A stretch of 64,000 bases of DNA from Rhodanobacteraceae bacterium (GTDB lineage: Bacteria; Pseudomonadota; Gammaproteobacteria; Xanthomonadales; Rhodanobacteraceae), in contig CP126531.1 in assembly GCA_030167125.1 (NCBI GenBank), forward strand, positions 2,394,578 to 2,458,577. Direction: 5' to 3'. Each line of letters opens with the position of its first letter. Position 1 is the first letter of the stretch. Both the position numbers and the translations under genes were made by a program. Below the pieces are notes generated by a model that saw nothing but the letters and a program-made list of their open reading frames with translations, was not told the origin of the DNA and did not search any database. Positions 1 to 9,580 of this stretch are shown here, one piece after another.

Positions 1-93
1 CGCATAATCCATGCCCTTCAGGTTCAGCGCGATGCGCACCCGGTACGCGGCGCTGGATCGCCAATAGCTGTAGAGGGTTCGGGCATGTGGCAT
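1..93 (-). CDS. maiA: maleylacetoacetate isomerase / zeta-class GST, N-terminal 31 codons only (gene runs off the left edge)
   Basis: Hand translation of the minus strand from ATG at 93-91 gives MPHARTLYSYWRSSAAYRVRIALNLKGMDYA. The YSYxRSSxxYRVRIALNLKG string is the conserved MaiA/GST-zeta N-terminus. The fragment is too short for the ORF track. Confidence 0.55.
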   Translation of the reverse strand, partial: MPHARTLYSYWRSSAAYRVRIALNLKGMDYA

Positions 94-167
94 AGCGTCG
101 CCTCGGTGTGCTGAAGGAATCTGGGATGACTCGGTGTCGCACTTCATCAGCATTCAAAGACACTGGG

Positions 168-185
168 TCCCGGCTTTCGCCGGGA
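168..185. repeat. REP-like hairpin tcccggc-tttc-gccggga followed by tgacg
   Basis: Perfect 7-bp stem in the divergent maiA/pgk intergenic region. The same ccggga(a)tgacg arm motif recurs at 58231-58341. Confidence 0.4.
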
Positions 186-290
186 TGACGAGCAAAATCA
201 GAGATCGAAAACGTCGAGCGTAACGGAATTGCACGCGTGCGGTGCAACCCGGACAATGCGTGATTCATCGCCGACCCCTGGAGTGCACGC

Positions 291-1472
291 ATGGCTTTCG
301 TCCGCATGACCGACATCAACCTCGCAGGCAAGCGCGTGCTGATCCGTGAAGACCTGAACGTGCCGATCCAGGACGGGCGCATCACCTCGACGCAGCGCCT
401 CGATGCCGCGCTGCCGACGATCCGCGCCGCGCGCGATTCGGGCGCCGCGGTGCTGGTGATGTCGCACTTGGGTCGCCCGAAGGAAGGTCAGTTCGATGAG
501 GCGCAATCGCTGGCGCCTGTGGTGGACTGGTTGTCGCAACAACTCGGCGCATCGGTGCGGCTGGAACGCGATTACCTCGACGGCGTCGAAGTCGAACCGG
601 GCGAAGTGGTGGTGCTTGAAAACTGCCGCATGAACGTGGGCGAGAAGTCCGACGACGAAGCGCTGGCGAAGAAATACGCCGCGCTGTGCGACGTGTTCGT
701 GATGGACGCGTTCGGCACCGCGCATCGCGCGCAAGCCTCGACGCATGGTGTCGCGAAGTTCGCGAAGGTCGCATGCGCCGGTCCGCTGCTGGCAGCGGAA
801 CTGGACGCACTCGGCAAGGCGCTGCGCGATCCGGCGCGGCCGCTGCTGGCGATCGTCGCGGGTTCCAAGGTTTCGACCAAGCTGGACCTGCTTCAAAACC
901 TCGTCGAAAAAGTCGATCAGTTGATCGTGGGCGGCGGCATCGCCAACACCTTCATCGCCGCCGCGGGTTACGCCATCGGCAAATCGCTGGCGGAGCCGGA
1001 CCTGATGGATGCGGCGCGCAAGGTGATCGCGACGGCATCGGCGCGCGGCGCCGACGTGCCGATCCCGACTGATGTGGTGGTGGCGCCGGAGTTCAAGGCC
1101 GATGCGCCCGCGACAGTGAAGGCCGTCGACCAGGTCGGCGCCGACGAGATGATCCTGGACATCGGACCGGAAACCGCCAGGCGCTACGCGGCGATGACCG
1201 CCAAGGCCGGCACGGTGGTGTGGAATGGGCCGGTCGGCGTGTTCGAGTTCGATGCATTCGGGCACGGCACCGAAACGCTGGCGCATGCGATCGCGGATTC
1301 CGACGCGTTCTCGATCGCGGGCGGCGGCGACACGCTCGCGGCGGTCGACAAGTACGGCATCGCCGACCAAGTGTCGTACATTTCCACGGGCGGCGGCGCG
1401 TTCCTCGAATTCCTCGAAGGCAAGACGCTGCCGGCGGTCGCGATCCTGGAAAGCCGCGGCCGGGATGCCTGA
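291..1472 (+). CDS. pgk: phosphoglycerate kinase
   Basis: 393-aa [28 protein letters not shown]... and full-length collinearity with the PGK family. Confidence 0.97.
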   Translation: MAFVRMTDINLAGKRVLIREDLNVPIQDGRITSTQRLDAALPTIRAARDSGAAVLVMSHLGRPKEGQFDEAQSLAPVVDWLSQQLGASVRLERDYLDGVEVEPGEVVVLENCRMNVGEKSDDEALAKKYAALCDVFVMDAFGTAHRAQASTHGVAKFAKVACAGPLLAAELDALGKALRDPARPLLAIVAGSKVSTKLDLLQNLVEKVDQLIVGGGIANTFIAAAGYAIGKSLAEPDLMDAARKVIATASARGADVPIPTDVVVAPEFKADAPATVKAVDQVGADEMILDIGPETARRYAAMTAKAGTVVWNGPVGVFEFDAFGHGTETLAHAIADSDAFSIAGGGDTLAAVDKYGIADQVSYISTGGGAFLEFLEGKTLPAVAILESRGRDA

Positions 1473-1492
1473 CAATCGCCGGAGGTTCTGGC

Positions 1493-3064
1493 ATGAACAT
1501 TTCGAAGATCTCCAAGCGTCTGCCGTTGTGTCTCGCGTCGTTGGCGCTGTTGCTGGCCGTCCAGCTTGCCGCGGCGGCGCAGCCGCAGGTTGTGCAAGTC
1601 CGGGTCGACGCGACCGCGCATGGCACGCCTTTCCCGCACTTCTGGGAGCAGATGTTCGGTTCCGGCCGCGCGCTGCTTTCGTTGCGCGATGACTATCGCG
1701 CGGATCTCGACACGGTGCATCGTGCAACCGGTTTCCAATACGTGCGCTTCCACGGCATCTTCGACGACGACGTGGGGCTGGTGCAGAAGGACAAGGACGG
1801 CAAGATCACGTACAACTTTTCGTACATTGACCAGATCTACGACGGCCTGCTGGCGCACGGCATCAAGCCGTTCGTGGAGTTGAGCTTCATGCCGAAGGCG
1901 CTGAGTTCCGACCCGTCGCGGCAGCAGAGTTTTTCGTACCACCCCAACCCGATGCCGCCAAAAGATTATGCGGAGTGGGACGCGATGATCCGCGCGTTCG
2001 CGCAACACCTCGTCAAGCGCTACGGCATCGACGAAGTGGCGAGCTGGTATTTCGAAGTGTGGAACGAACCCAACCTCGACTTCTGGGGTGGCGATCCGAA
2101 GCAATCGACGTATTTCACCCTGTACGACCACACCGCGCACACGCTGAAGGCGGTGACCCCGCGGCTGCGCGTGGGTGGCCCGGCCACCGCGCAGGCGGCG
2201 TGGGTGGCGGCGTTCCTCGCCCACACGCACAAGGACCACGTGCCGGTCGACTTCGTGTCGAGCCATGTCTACGGCGACGACACCGCGCAGAACGTGCTGC
2301 ATACCAACGAGAACATTCCGCGTGCCGACATGGTGTGCCGCGCGGTCGCCAAGGTGCACAAGGAAATCCTCGCCTCGCCCTATCCGAAGCTGCCGTTCAT
2401 CCTCAGCGAATACAACGCCTCGTACGCGAACCTTCCGAACGTCACCGACAGCGTGTTCATGGGGCCGTGGCTGGCCAACACCATCCGCGAATGCGCGGGC
2501 AACGTCACGCTGATGAGTTACTGGACGTTCTCGGACGTGTTCGAGGAACAGGGCGTGCCGCGCAGTCCGTTTTACGGCGGCTTCGGCCTGATCGCCGAGC
2601 GCGGCATCGACAAGCCCGCGTTCAACGCGTTCGCGATGCTGCACCGACTGGGCGACGTGCGCTTGCCGCTGAAATCCGACAGCGCGCTTGCGACGCGCCG
2701 CGCCGATGGCACGCTCATTCTCGCGTTGTGGAACTACGCGCCGCCGGTCGGCGACACCGCAAGCTACAAGCCCGGCACGCCGAAAGGCGCGACGAAACAC
2801 TTCGACATCGACGTGGCGCACCTCGCTGTCGGCGCGACCGCCAGCGTGCGGCGGCTCGATGCCGGCCACGGCAACGTGCTCGCGGCCTACGACGAGATGG
2901 GCCGCCCGCCCTTCCCCACCCGCGCGCAGATCGAGCAACTGCGTGCCGCCGGACAAGAATCGCCGCCGCAGACAATGGCGGTGAACGATGGAAAGCTCGC
3001 ACTCGACGTGCCGCCGCAAGGCCTGGTGGTCGTGACGCTGGGCGGCCACGCCGCCGAAAAGTAA
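1493..3064 (+). CDS. glycoside hydrolase family 39 (beta-xylosidase-like), secreted
   Basis: In-frame ATG at 1493 gives the signal peptide MNISKISKRLPLCLASLALLLAVQLAAAAQP. The GH39 acid/base motif FEVWNEPN and the nucleophile context ILSEYNAS are present. The longer 1220 start in the ORF track overlaps pgk and is rejected. Confidence 0.85.
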   Translation: MNISKISKRLPLCLASLALLLAVQLAAAAQPQVVQVRVDATAHGTPFPHFWEQMFGSGRALLSLRDDYRADLDTVHRATGFQYVRFHGIFDDDVGLVQKDKDGKITYNFSYIDQIYDGLLAHGIKPFVELSFMPKALSSDPSRQQSFSYHPNPMPPKDYAEWDAMIRAFAQHLVKRYGIDEVASWYFEVWNEPNLDFWGGDPKQSTYFTLYDHTAHTLKAVTPRLRVGGPATAQAAWVAAFLAHTHKDHVPVDFVSSHVYGDDTAQNVLHTNENIPRADMVCRAVAKVHKEILASPYPKLPFILSEYNASYANLPNVTDSVFMGPWLANTIRECAGNVTLMSYWTFSDVFEEQGVPRSPFYGGFGLIAERGIDKPAFNAFAMLHRLGDVRLPLKSDSALATRRADGTLILALWNYAPPVGDTASYKPGTPKGATKHFDIDVAHLAVGATASVRRLDAGHGNVLAAYDEMGRPPFPTRAQIEQLRAAGQESPPQTMAVNDGKLALDVPPQGLVVVTLGGHAAEK

Positions 3065-3251
3065 TCCCGCCGGCGGGGCTCCGCGCGCGACATGCCGGAC
3101 CTCCGACCCCTCGGCATCACGCCGCGTGCACGGCCGGCAGCTTCTGATACGCACTTGCCGCGGCGGCCGACGCGGCCGCGGCGCTGCGCCATCGAACCGG
3201 AGAGTCCGACAACCCAAGCCAGCCTGACAGCCAACGTGTGCGGGAGGAAAC

Positions 3252-6200
3252 ATGAAACGCTCGAGGAAAGTGCGAACCCAACTGCTGGCGGCGCTGATCG
3301 CCGGTACCGTCACGGCAACGCTCGCGGTGCCAACGATTGCATTCGCGCAGACGGCCAATGCTACGTTGCAGGGCCAGGCCGCGCCCGGCGCGCAGATCAC
3401 CGCGCGCAACACCGCCACCGGCCAGGTGCGCACCGCCAAGGCCAACGCGCAGGGTCATTACATCCTGGTGAGCCTGCCGCCCGGCACCTGGCAAGTCGAC
3501 GCGGGCCCAGGCACGGAACGGACGGTGACGCTGTCGGTCGCTTCGACCGCCACGTTGAACCTGGCGCAGGCGCAAGCCGCGCCGGCGCCGTCGTCGGCGC
3601 AAACGCTGTCGACGGTGCAGGTGGTCGGTTCGGCGCTGCTGGACGTCAGGACCTCGCAGGTCGGCAATACCGTGTCGCTGCGCCAGATCAACGAGCTGCC
3701 GGAAGCCTCGCGCAACTTCCTGGAGTTCGCCGACATCGTGCCCGGCATGATCTTCACCCGCAGCGCCGACGGCAACACCAGTTTGAGTTCGGGCGCGCAG
3801 GCGTCCAGCAACATCAACGTCTACATCGACGGCGTCGGCCAGAAGAACTACGTGCTGGCCGGCGGCATCACCGGCCAGTTCGCGAGCCAGGGCAATCCGT
3901 TCCCGCAACTCGCGGTCGACCAGTACAAGGTCATCACCTCGAACTACACGGCGGAATTCGGCCAGCTTTCCAGCGCCGCGATCACCGCGGTCACCAAGTC
4001 CGGCACCAACGAATTCCACGGTGACGTGTTCGGAAGCTTCACCAACACCGTGATGCGCGCGGAGACGCCCGCCGAGCGGCACGCGGCCAAGAAGACGCCT
4101 TCGCACGAGAAGGATTACGGCTTCGACATCGGCGGACCGATCATCAAGGACAAGGCGCATTTCTACCTCGCCTACGAGGGCAAGGAATTCAACAGCCCGA
4201 CCGTGGTGGTGCCCGGCGTCAGCAACTACGTGCAGTACCTGCCGGCGAACGTGCAGGCCCTTGCGGGTCCCGCGAGCCTGCCGTTCAAGGAGAACGACTG
4301 GTTCGGCAAGCTCGACTACGAAATCACCGACGAAGACCGGCTGGTGCTGACCGGCCACTACCGCGCCGAAACCGCGATCAGCGGGCTCGGTGGCGTCAAC
4401 GCCGCGGGCGCCGGCCTCAACACCATCAACAACGACAAGCGCTACGACCTGAGCTGGGAACACAGCGCCGACGCGTGGTTCAACAAGCTGCTGTTCACCT
4501 ACGAAAACGCGTTCTACGCACCCACGCCGATCGTCCTCGGCGACGGCTCGATCTACGTGCCCGACTACAACAAGAACAGCACGATCATCCAGACCGGTGC
4601 CTCGCCGCTGGCGCAGCAGAACAAGGGCCAGAAGGGACCGGGCTTCTCGGACGACCTGACCTTCAACGATTTGCACTGGCACGGCGACCACGAGTTGAAG
4701 CTGGGCGTTTCGTACAAGTCGGTGAAACTCATCGCGCAGGACGCCGGCGACAGCAACGCACTCTTCAATTACATCGTGAGTCCGGCCGGCACCGAAAGCA
4801 TTCCCTACCAGGTGCAATTCGGCTCGCCCTCGCCGGGGCTCAGTCCGGTGGCCACCAGCACGGACAAGCAGTACGGCGCGTACGTCCAGGACAACTGGAC
4901 GGTCAACGACCATCTGACATTCAACCTCGGCGTCCGCTGGGATTACGAGAAGACGCCGTCGTACCTCAACTACGTGACGCCGGCCAACGTGGTCGCGGCA
5001 ATCTACGGGCAGGACCCCAATGCACCGCCGGGACAAACCTACGCCCAGACCCTCGCCAACGGCGGCATCAACATCGCCGACTACATCGGCAACGGCCACA
5101 ACCGCAGCCAGCCGAAGAACGAATGGCAACCGCGGCTCGGTTTCTCGTACGACATCAATGGCGACCAGAAGCACGTGATCTTCGGCGGCGCGGGCCGCGC
5201 CTACGACCGCGACCTGTACGAGACGCTGCAGGTCGAACAGACCAAGCAGGCGCTGTCGCAACCGACCCTGATGTTCGACACGCCCGATTCACCGTGCACC
5301 GTCGGCACCGGCACCTGCTTCGCGTGGAACCCGGCCTATTACGACATCCCGACCCTGCAATCGCTGGTCGCGGGTTCGAATCTCGGCAAGGAAGTCGACA
5401 TGGTCGTCAACAACCTGAAGGCGCCCTACTCCGACCAGTTCAGCCTCGGCATGCGCAACACCATCGGCGAATGGAACACCAGCGTGACCCTGGTCGACGT
5501 TCGCAGCTACAACGGCCTGGTCTTCCAGCTCGGCAACCGCTACCCGGACGGCACGTTCTGGCGCAACGGCTGCCAGGCGTGGTGCGGCCCCACCGGCGTG
5601 CCCGGCTTCGGCAACCTGATCCTCGGCAACAACGGCCTCGAAACACACCTCGACCAGTTGCTGGTGTCGATCGACAAGCCCTACACCCACGAATCGCACT
5701 GGGGTGCATCGATCGCCTACACCTACAGCCACGCCACCAAGAACAACGACAACCTCGATCCGACCGACCAGTACGCGTTCGATTACGAAACGATCGGACA
5801 CTACCCGTTCGTGGCGGCGCCGGGCGTGCCGCGGCATCGCCTGGTCGCGACCGCGACGTTCGATGGTCCGTGGGGATTCGTTATGGGCGCCAAGCTGACG
5901 CTGTCGACGCCGAATCCCGACGTCAACCTCGCCGACTATGGCTTGCCCGCGACGGGCGTCGATCATGGTGCGATCAATGGCGCCGGCCACGAAGCGGTCG
6001 GCATCTTCCCACCCGGCAACGGGCGCTTCCTGATCGGCGGCAAGATCTTCGGCTATCGCGACCTCGACCTGCAGGCCACCAAGAACTTCCGGATCCATGA
6101 CGGCCTTGGTGCCTACGTGCGCATCGACCTGATCAACGCCTTCAACTGGAACAACTACGTGGATTACTTGGAGAGCTGGGGTTCGAGCGGCCAGATGAAC

Positions 6201-6284
6201 CGGATTCCGGTCGTCTACAACCCGACAGGGGACATCAGTGGTTATCCGCGCACGCTCAAAATTTCCATGGGGCTAAAGTTCTAG
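3252..6284 (+). CDS. TonB-dependent receptor (Oar-like, with N-terminal carboxypeptidase-regulatory-like domain)
   Basis: 1010 aa with signal peptide ...AVPTIAFAQ, a plug/barrel-sized protein and a C-terminal aromatic residue ...KISMGLKF. Confidence 0.93.
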   Translation: MKRSRKVRTQLLAALIAGTVTATLAVPTIAFAQTANATLQGQAAPGAQITARNTATGQVRTAKANAQGHYILVSLPPGTWQVDAGPGTERTVTLSVASTATLNLAQAQAAPAPSSAQTLSTVQVVGSALLDVRTSQVGNTVSLRQINELPEASRNFLEFADIVPGMIFTRSADGNTSLSSGAQASSNINVYIDGVGQKNYVLAGGITGQFASQGNPFPQLAVDQYKVITSNYTAEFGQLSSAAITAVTKSGTNEFHGDVFGSFTNTVMRAETPAERHAAKKTPSHEKDYGFDIGGPIIKDKAHFYLAYEGKEFNSPTVVVPGVSNYVQYLPANVQALAGPASLPFKENDWFGKLDYEITDEDRLVLTGHYRAETAISGLGGVNAAGAGLNTINNDKRYDLSWEHSADAWFNKLLFTYENAFYAPTPIVLGDGSIYVPDYNKNSTIIQTGASPLAQQNKGQKGPGFSDDLTFNDLHWHGDHELKLGVSYKSVKLIAQDAGDSNALFNYIVSPAGTESIPYQVQFGSPSPGLSPVATSTDKQYGAYVQDNWTVNDHLTFNLGVRWDYEKTPSYLNYVTPANVVAAIYGQDPNAPPGQTYAQTLANGGINIADYIGNGHNRSQPKNEWQPRLGFSYDINGDQKHVIFGGAGRAYDRDLYETLQVEQTKQALSQPTLMFDTPDSPCTVGTGTCFAWNPAYYDIPTLQSLVAGSNLGKEVDMVVNNLKAPYSDQFSLGMRNTIGEWNTSVTLVDVRSYNGLVFQLGNRYPDGTFWRNGCQAWCGPTGVPGFGNLILGNNGLETHLDQLLVSIDKPYTHESHWGASIAYTYSHATKNNDNLDPTDQYAFDYETIGHYPFVAAPGVPRHRLVATATFDGPWGFVMGAKLTLSTPNPDVNLADYGLPATGVDHGAINGAGHEAVGIFPPGNGRFLIGGKIFGYRDLDLQATKNFRIHDGLGAYVRIDLINAFNWNNYVDYLESWGSSGQMNRIPVVYNPTGDISGYPRTLKISMGLKF

Positions 6285-6370
6285 GAACTTTGATCATCCA
6301 CCTCCTCGTCATCCATGCTAAACCAGGATAGCCTCAGAGCATCTCTCGGAGACGAGGCGAATTAAAAACC

Positions 6371-6739
6371 TCAGTCCGTAAAGTACTCCTCGTAACCCGG
6401 AAGGTTTCCGTCAGGATTATCGATGGGAGTGGCACGAATATAGTGAGTCCCATGGGTGGTTGGACCTTGCAGCACACAGTGCCAGATGGGCGTGCCATTT
6501 CCCAAATTGGTTATGCAATAAGTCTTGGAGTCGACAGTGAATTGGTACTGACCGTACGCCTCTTCGGAGCCGGTCAGATACACATCTGCCGAGGCATTAA
6601 AGGGAGGTGGAACATTCGATGAAAAATGGACGCCGATGTCGCCCGGCTTAGGAGGGCATGGCACGATAACGTTATCGTCGTTAATGCACCAACCACTGTC
6701 TTGAGCGATTGAAAAACACGGAAATAGCAGTATCCCTAA
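6371..6739 (-). pseudogene. 3-prime part of a small secreted Cys-containing protein gene interrupted by IS5 insertion (includes the 97-codon ORF 6371-6664)
   Basis: The reading frame stays open from the IS junction (CTAA 6736-6739) down to stop 6371, and it joins in frame with the 5-prime fragment at 9116-9143. The stretch is low in G+C: a hand count of 6361-6420 gives 26/60. Confidence 0.75.
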
Positions 6740-7925
6740 GGAACGTCTGATTTATTCCCCGTCTGAGGCATCATAGCCACATCGCCGAACCGGAACTGCC
6801 ACCGATGAAGCAAGCCACGTTCGCATCGTTGAACTTCGATGCCAAGAAGCGACGCACGCGCCGCGAGGTGTTCCTGGCCGAGATGGACAAGGTGGTGCCG
6901 TGGGATGCACTGCTGGCGTTGCTGGCGCCCGCGTATCCGACCAGCGGCCGCCGCGGGCGACCGCCGATGGCGCTTGCGAGCATGCTGCGCATCCACTTCA
7001 TGCAGCAGTGGTACGCATTGTCCGATCCTGCGATGGAAGATGCGTTGTACGAGATCGAGTCGATGCGGCGGTTTGCAGGATTGGAGTTGAACGAGGACGC
7101 GATTCCGGACGAGACGACGATCCTGAAGTTCCGGCGCTGGCTGGAACGGCACGGCTTCGCGACGCAGATCCTGGCGGTGGTGAACGCGCATCTCGGGGAG
7201 CACAAGCTGCTGTTGCGCGCAGGGACGATCGTGGATGCGACCTTGATCGCGGCCTCGCCCTCGACCAAGAACCAAGCCAAATCGCGCGATCCCGAGATGC
7301 ACCAGACCAAGAAGGGCAACCAGTGGTACTTCGGCATGAAGGCGCACATTGGGGTGGATGCCGCATCGGGGCTGGTGCACACGGTGACTACGACCGCGGC
7401 CAACGCCGGCGACGTCACCGAGGTGGACAAGTTGTTGCACGGCAAGGAGACCAGCGTCTACGCCGATGCCGGCTACACAGGTGCGGAAAAGCGCGTGAAG
7501 CCCAAGCGCGGGCGCGATTGGTTCATTGCGGCCAAGCGCGGCAAGGTCAAGGCGGTGGTCGACCGGGAACTGCGCGAGTTGCACGAGCAGATCGAGCACC
7601 TCAAGGCCTCGGTGCGTGCGAAGGTGGAACATCCGTTCCGCGTCCTGAAGTGCCAGTTCGGTTATCGGAACGTGCGCTACAAGGGACTGGCCAAGAACAC
7701 CGCGCAGGTCGTCACCCTGTTTGCGCTCACGAATCTGTGGATGGCGCGGCGGAGATTGCTGACCACGATGGGTGAAGTGTGCCCGTGAATCGGGAAACAG
7801 GGGTTGATCAGAGCTCCACAAGCACACCGAAAGGCCACTATCAATATCCAAATAACCTATTCGCATCACCGACTCCATGTCGTGGACAGAATGCACTTCA
7901 AACAAACGAATAGTTCAGACCTTCC
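6740..7925 (+). mobile_element. IS5-family insertion sequence, copy 1 (1186 bp)
   Basis: The ends GGAACGTCTGATTTATTC (left) and GGAAGGTCTGAACTATTC (right, reverse complement) form imperfect IRs like the IS5 ends. CTAA flanks the element on both sides (6736-6739, 7926-7929). Confidence 0.9.
6805..7788 (+). CDS. IS5-family DDE transposase
   Basis: 327 aa. KRRTRREVFLAEMDKVVPWDALLALLAPAYP...MLRIHFMQQWYALSDPAMEDALYEIESMRRFAGLEL closely parallels the E. coli IS5 transposase N-terminus. Confidence 0.95.
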   Translation: MKQATFASLNFDAKKRRTRREVFLAEMDKVVPWDALLALLAPAYPTSGRRGRPPMALASMLRIHFMQQWYALSDPAMEDALYEIESMRRFAGLELNEDAIPDETTILKFRRWLERHGFATQILAVVNAHLGEHKLLLRAGTIVDATLIAASPSTKNQAKSRDPEMHQTKKGNQWYFGMKAHIGVDAASGLVHTVTTTAANAGDVTEVDKLLHGKETSVYADAGYTGAEKRVKPKRGRDWFIAAKRGKVKAVVDRELRELHEQIEHLKASVRAKVEHPFRVLKCQFGYRNVRYKGLAKNTAQVVTLFALTNLWMARRRLLTTMGEVCP

Positions 7926-7929
7926 CTAA

Positions 7930-9115
7930 GGAACGTCTGATTTATTCCCCGTCTGAGGCATCATAGCCACATCGCCGAACCGGAACTGCCACCGATGAAG
8001 CAAGCCACGTTCGCATCGTTGAACTTCGATGCCAAGAAGCGACGCACGCGCCGCGAGGTGTTCCTGGCCGAGATGGACAAGGTGGTGCCGTGGGATGCAC
8101 TGCTGGCGTTGCTGGCGCCCGCGTATCCGACCAGCGGCCGCCGCGGGCGACCGCCGATGGCGCTTGCGAGCATGCTGCGCATCCACTTCATGCAGCAGTG
8201 GTACGCATTGTCCGATCCTGCGATGGAAGATGCGTTGTACGAGATCGAGTCGATGCGGCGGTTTGCAGGATTGGAGTTGAACGAGGACGCGATTCCGGAC
8301 GAGACGACGATCCTGAAGTTCCGGCGCTGGCTGGAACGGCACGGCTTCGCGACGCAGATCCTGGCGGTGGTGAACGCGCATCTCGGGGAGCACAAGCTGC
8401 TGTTGCGCGCAGGGACGATCGTGGATGCGACCTTGATCGCGGCCTCGCCCTCGACCAAGAACCAAGCCAAATCGCGCGATCCCGAGATGCACCAGACCAA
8501 GAAGGGCAACCAGTGGTACTTCGGCATGAAGGCGCACATTGGGGTGGATGCCGCATCGGGGCTGGTGCACACGGTGACTACGACCGCGGCCAACGCCGGC
8601 GACGTCACCGAGGTGGACAAGTTGTTGCACGGCAAGGAGACCAGCGTCTACGCCGATGCCGGCTACACAGGTGCGGAAAAGCGCGTGAAGCCCAAGCGCG
8701 GGCGCGATTGGTTCATTGCGGCCAAGCGCGGCAAGGTCAAGGCGGTGGTCGACCGGGAACTGCGCGAGTTGCACGAGCAGATCGAGCACCTCAAGGCCTC
8801 GGTGCGTGCGAAGGTGGAACATCCGTTCCGCGTCCTGAAGTGCCAGTTCGGTTATCGGAACGTGCGCTACAAGGGACTGGCCAAGAACACCGCGCAGGTC
8901 GTCACCCTGTTTGCGCTCACGAATCTGTGGATGGCGCGGCGGAGATTGCTGACCACGATGGGTGAAGTGTGCCCGTGAATCGGGAAACAGGGGTTGATCA
9001 GAGCTCCACAAGCACACCGAAAGGCCACTATCAATATCCAAATAACCTATTCGCATCACCGACTCCATGTCGTGGACAGAATGCACTTCAAACAAACGAA
9101 TAGTTCAGACCTTCC
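7930..9115 (+). mobile_element. IS5-family insertion sequence, copy 2, identical to copy 1
   Basis: Offset of exactly 1190 bp from copy 1. All six-frame ORF translations are identical between the copies. Flanked by CTAA at 7926-7929 and 9116-9119. Confidence 0.9.
7995..8978 (+). CDS. IS5-family DDE transposase (second copy)
   Basis: Protein sequence identical to the product of 6805-7788. Confidence 0.95.
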   Translation: MKQATFASLNFDAKKRRTRREVFLAEMDKVVPWDALLALLAPAYPTSGRRGRPPMALASMLRIHFMQQWYALSDPAMEDALYEIESMRRFAGLELNEDAIPDETTILKFRRWLERHGFATQILAVVNAHLGEHKLLLRAGTIVDATLIAASPSTKNQAKSRDPEMHQTKKGNQWYFGMKAHIGVDAASGLVHTVTTTAANAGDVTEVDKLLHGKETSVYADAGYTGAEKRVKPKRGRDWFIAAKRGKVKAVVDRELRELHEQIEHLKASVRAKVEHPFRVLKCQFGYRNVRYKGLAKNTAQVVTLFALTNLWMARRRLLTTMGEVCP

Positions 9116-9143
9116 CTAAGCAGATCGCAAGTTTGATTTTCAT
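9116..9143 (-). pseudogene. 5-prime fragment (start codon plus first 9 codons of the signal peptide) of the IS-disrupted secreted-protein gene
   Basis: The minus strand reads GGAGGtttgtcATGAAAATCAAACTTGCGATCTGCTTAG, i.e. a Shine-Dalgarno sequence and MKIKLAICL, which runs into the IS end. Confidence 0.7.
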
Positions 9144-9580
9144 GACAAACCTCCATGGGCTTCCACCCTACGATTCGAAATTTCAAGCTAGCACCCCAGC
9201 ATCGGGATATTTGTGATCGTCATCTCTTCTGGCGCGAAGCCCCCAATGATGGCTCGCGACCACCCCTCTGCCACCGCCGCGCCACAAAATTCGCATTCGC
9301 CTGACATCGGCTGCGCGTACAGTCCGGCGTAGAACTTGCATGCGTGTGCGGTATGCACACGGGAGAACCAGCGGTGCCTTGCACCGGAGCAATGAGCGTT
9401 GATGTGGCCGCGGGCTCGCCGCAAGAGCGGGCCGGGAAAAGCGCGGGCGCACCGGGGGCGATGCGGGCGTGAGAGCGTGAGCATGGCCGCAGGGGAGGCC
9501 GCACCGCTGGACCGCCATTCGATGCACGGAGGCATTGAAGCGCGGAGCCTGTACGGGCTCCACGCCGCCGGTCGTGCGCC

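Noticed and set aside
198-5261. Long ORFs antisense to or overlapping pgk, GH39 and the TonB-dependent receptor (for example 198-1727, 1184-3445 and 3117-5261 on the minus strand, and 1975-3147 on the plus strand).
   Set aside because: Their Arg/Ala/Gly/His-rich low-complexity translations are typical of open shadow frames in high-G+C DNA. Each overlaps a strongly recognisable gene in another frame. The same reasoning applies to 9188-11368, 25605-28370, 28465-30132, 38112-39593, 41574-43496, 46346-48028, 47740-49161, 52237-53931, 57031-58086 and 61672-63636.
5365-5390. tRNA T-arm-like string gggttcgaatc.
   Set aside because: It lies inside the TonB-dependent receptor reading frame, with no acceptor or anticodon arm pairing around it. 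It is a chance match.
6736-9095. 389-aa minus-strand ORFs (6736-7905 and 7926-9095) inside each IS copy.
   Set aside because: They are antisense to the clearly homologous IS5 transposase and have low-complexity Arg/Leu/Gln-rich translations. They are shadow frames.
9188-9307. 39-codon minus-strand ORF MSGECEFCGAAVAEGWSRAIIGGFAPEEMTITNIPMLGC next to the IS pair.
   Set aside because: It has a single CxxC, no RBS that I can see and no recognisable family, and it is below any length at which composition alone is informative. It could be a remnant, but it is not supportable.
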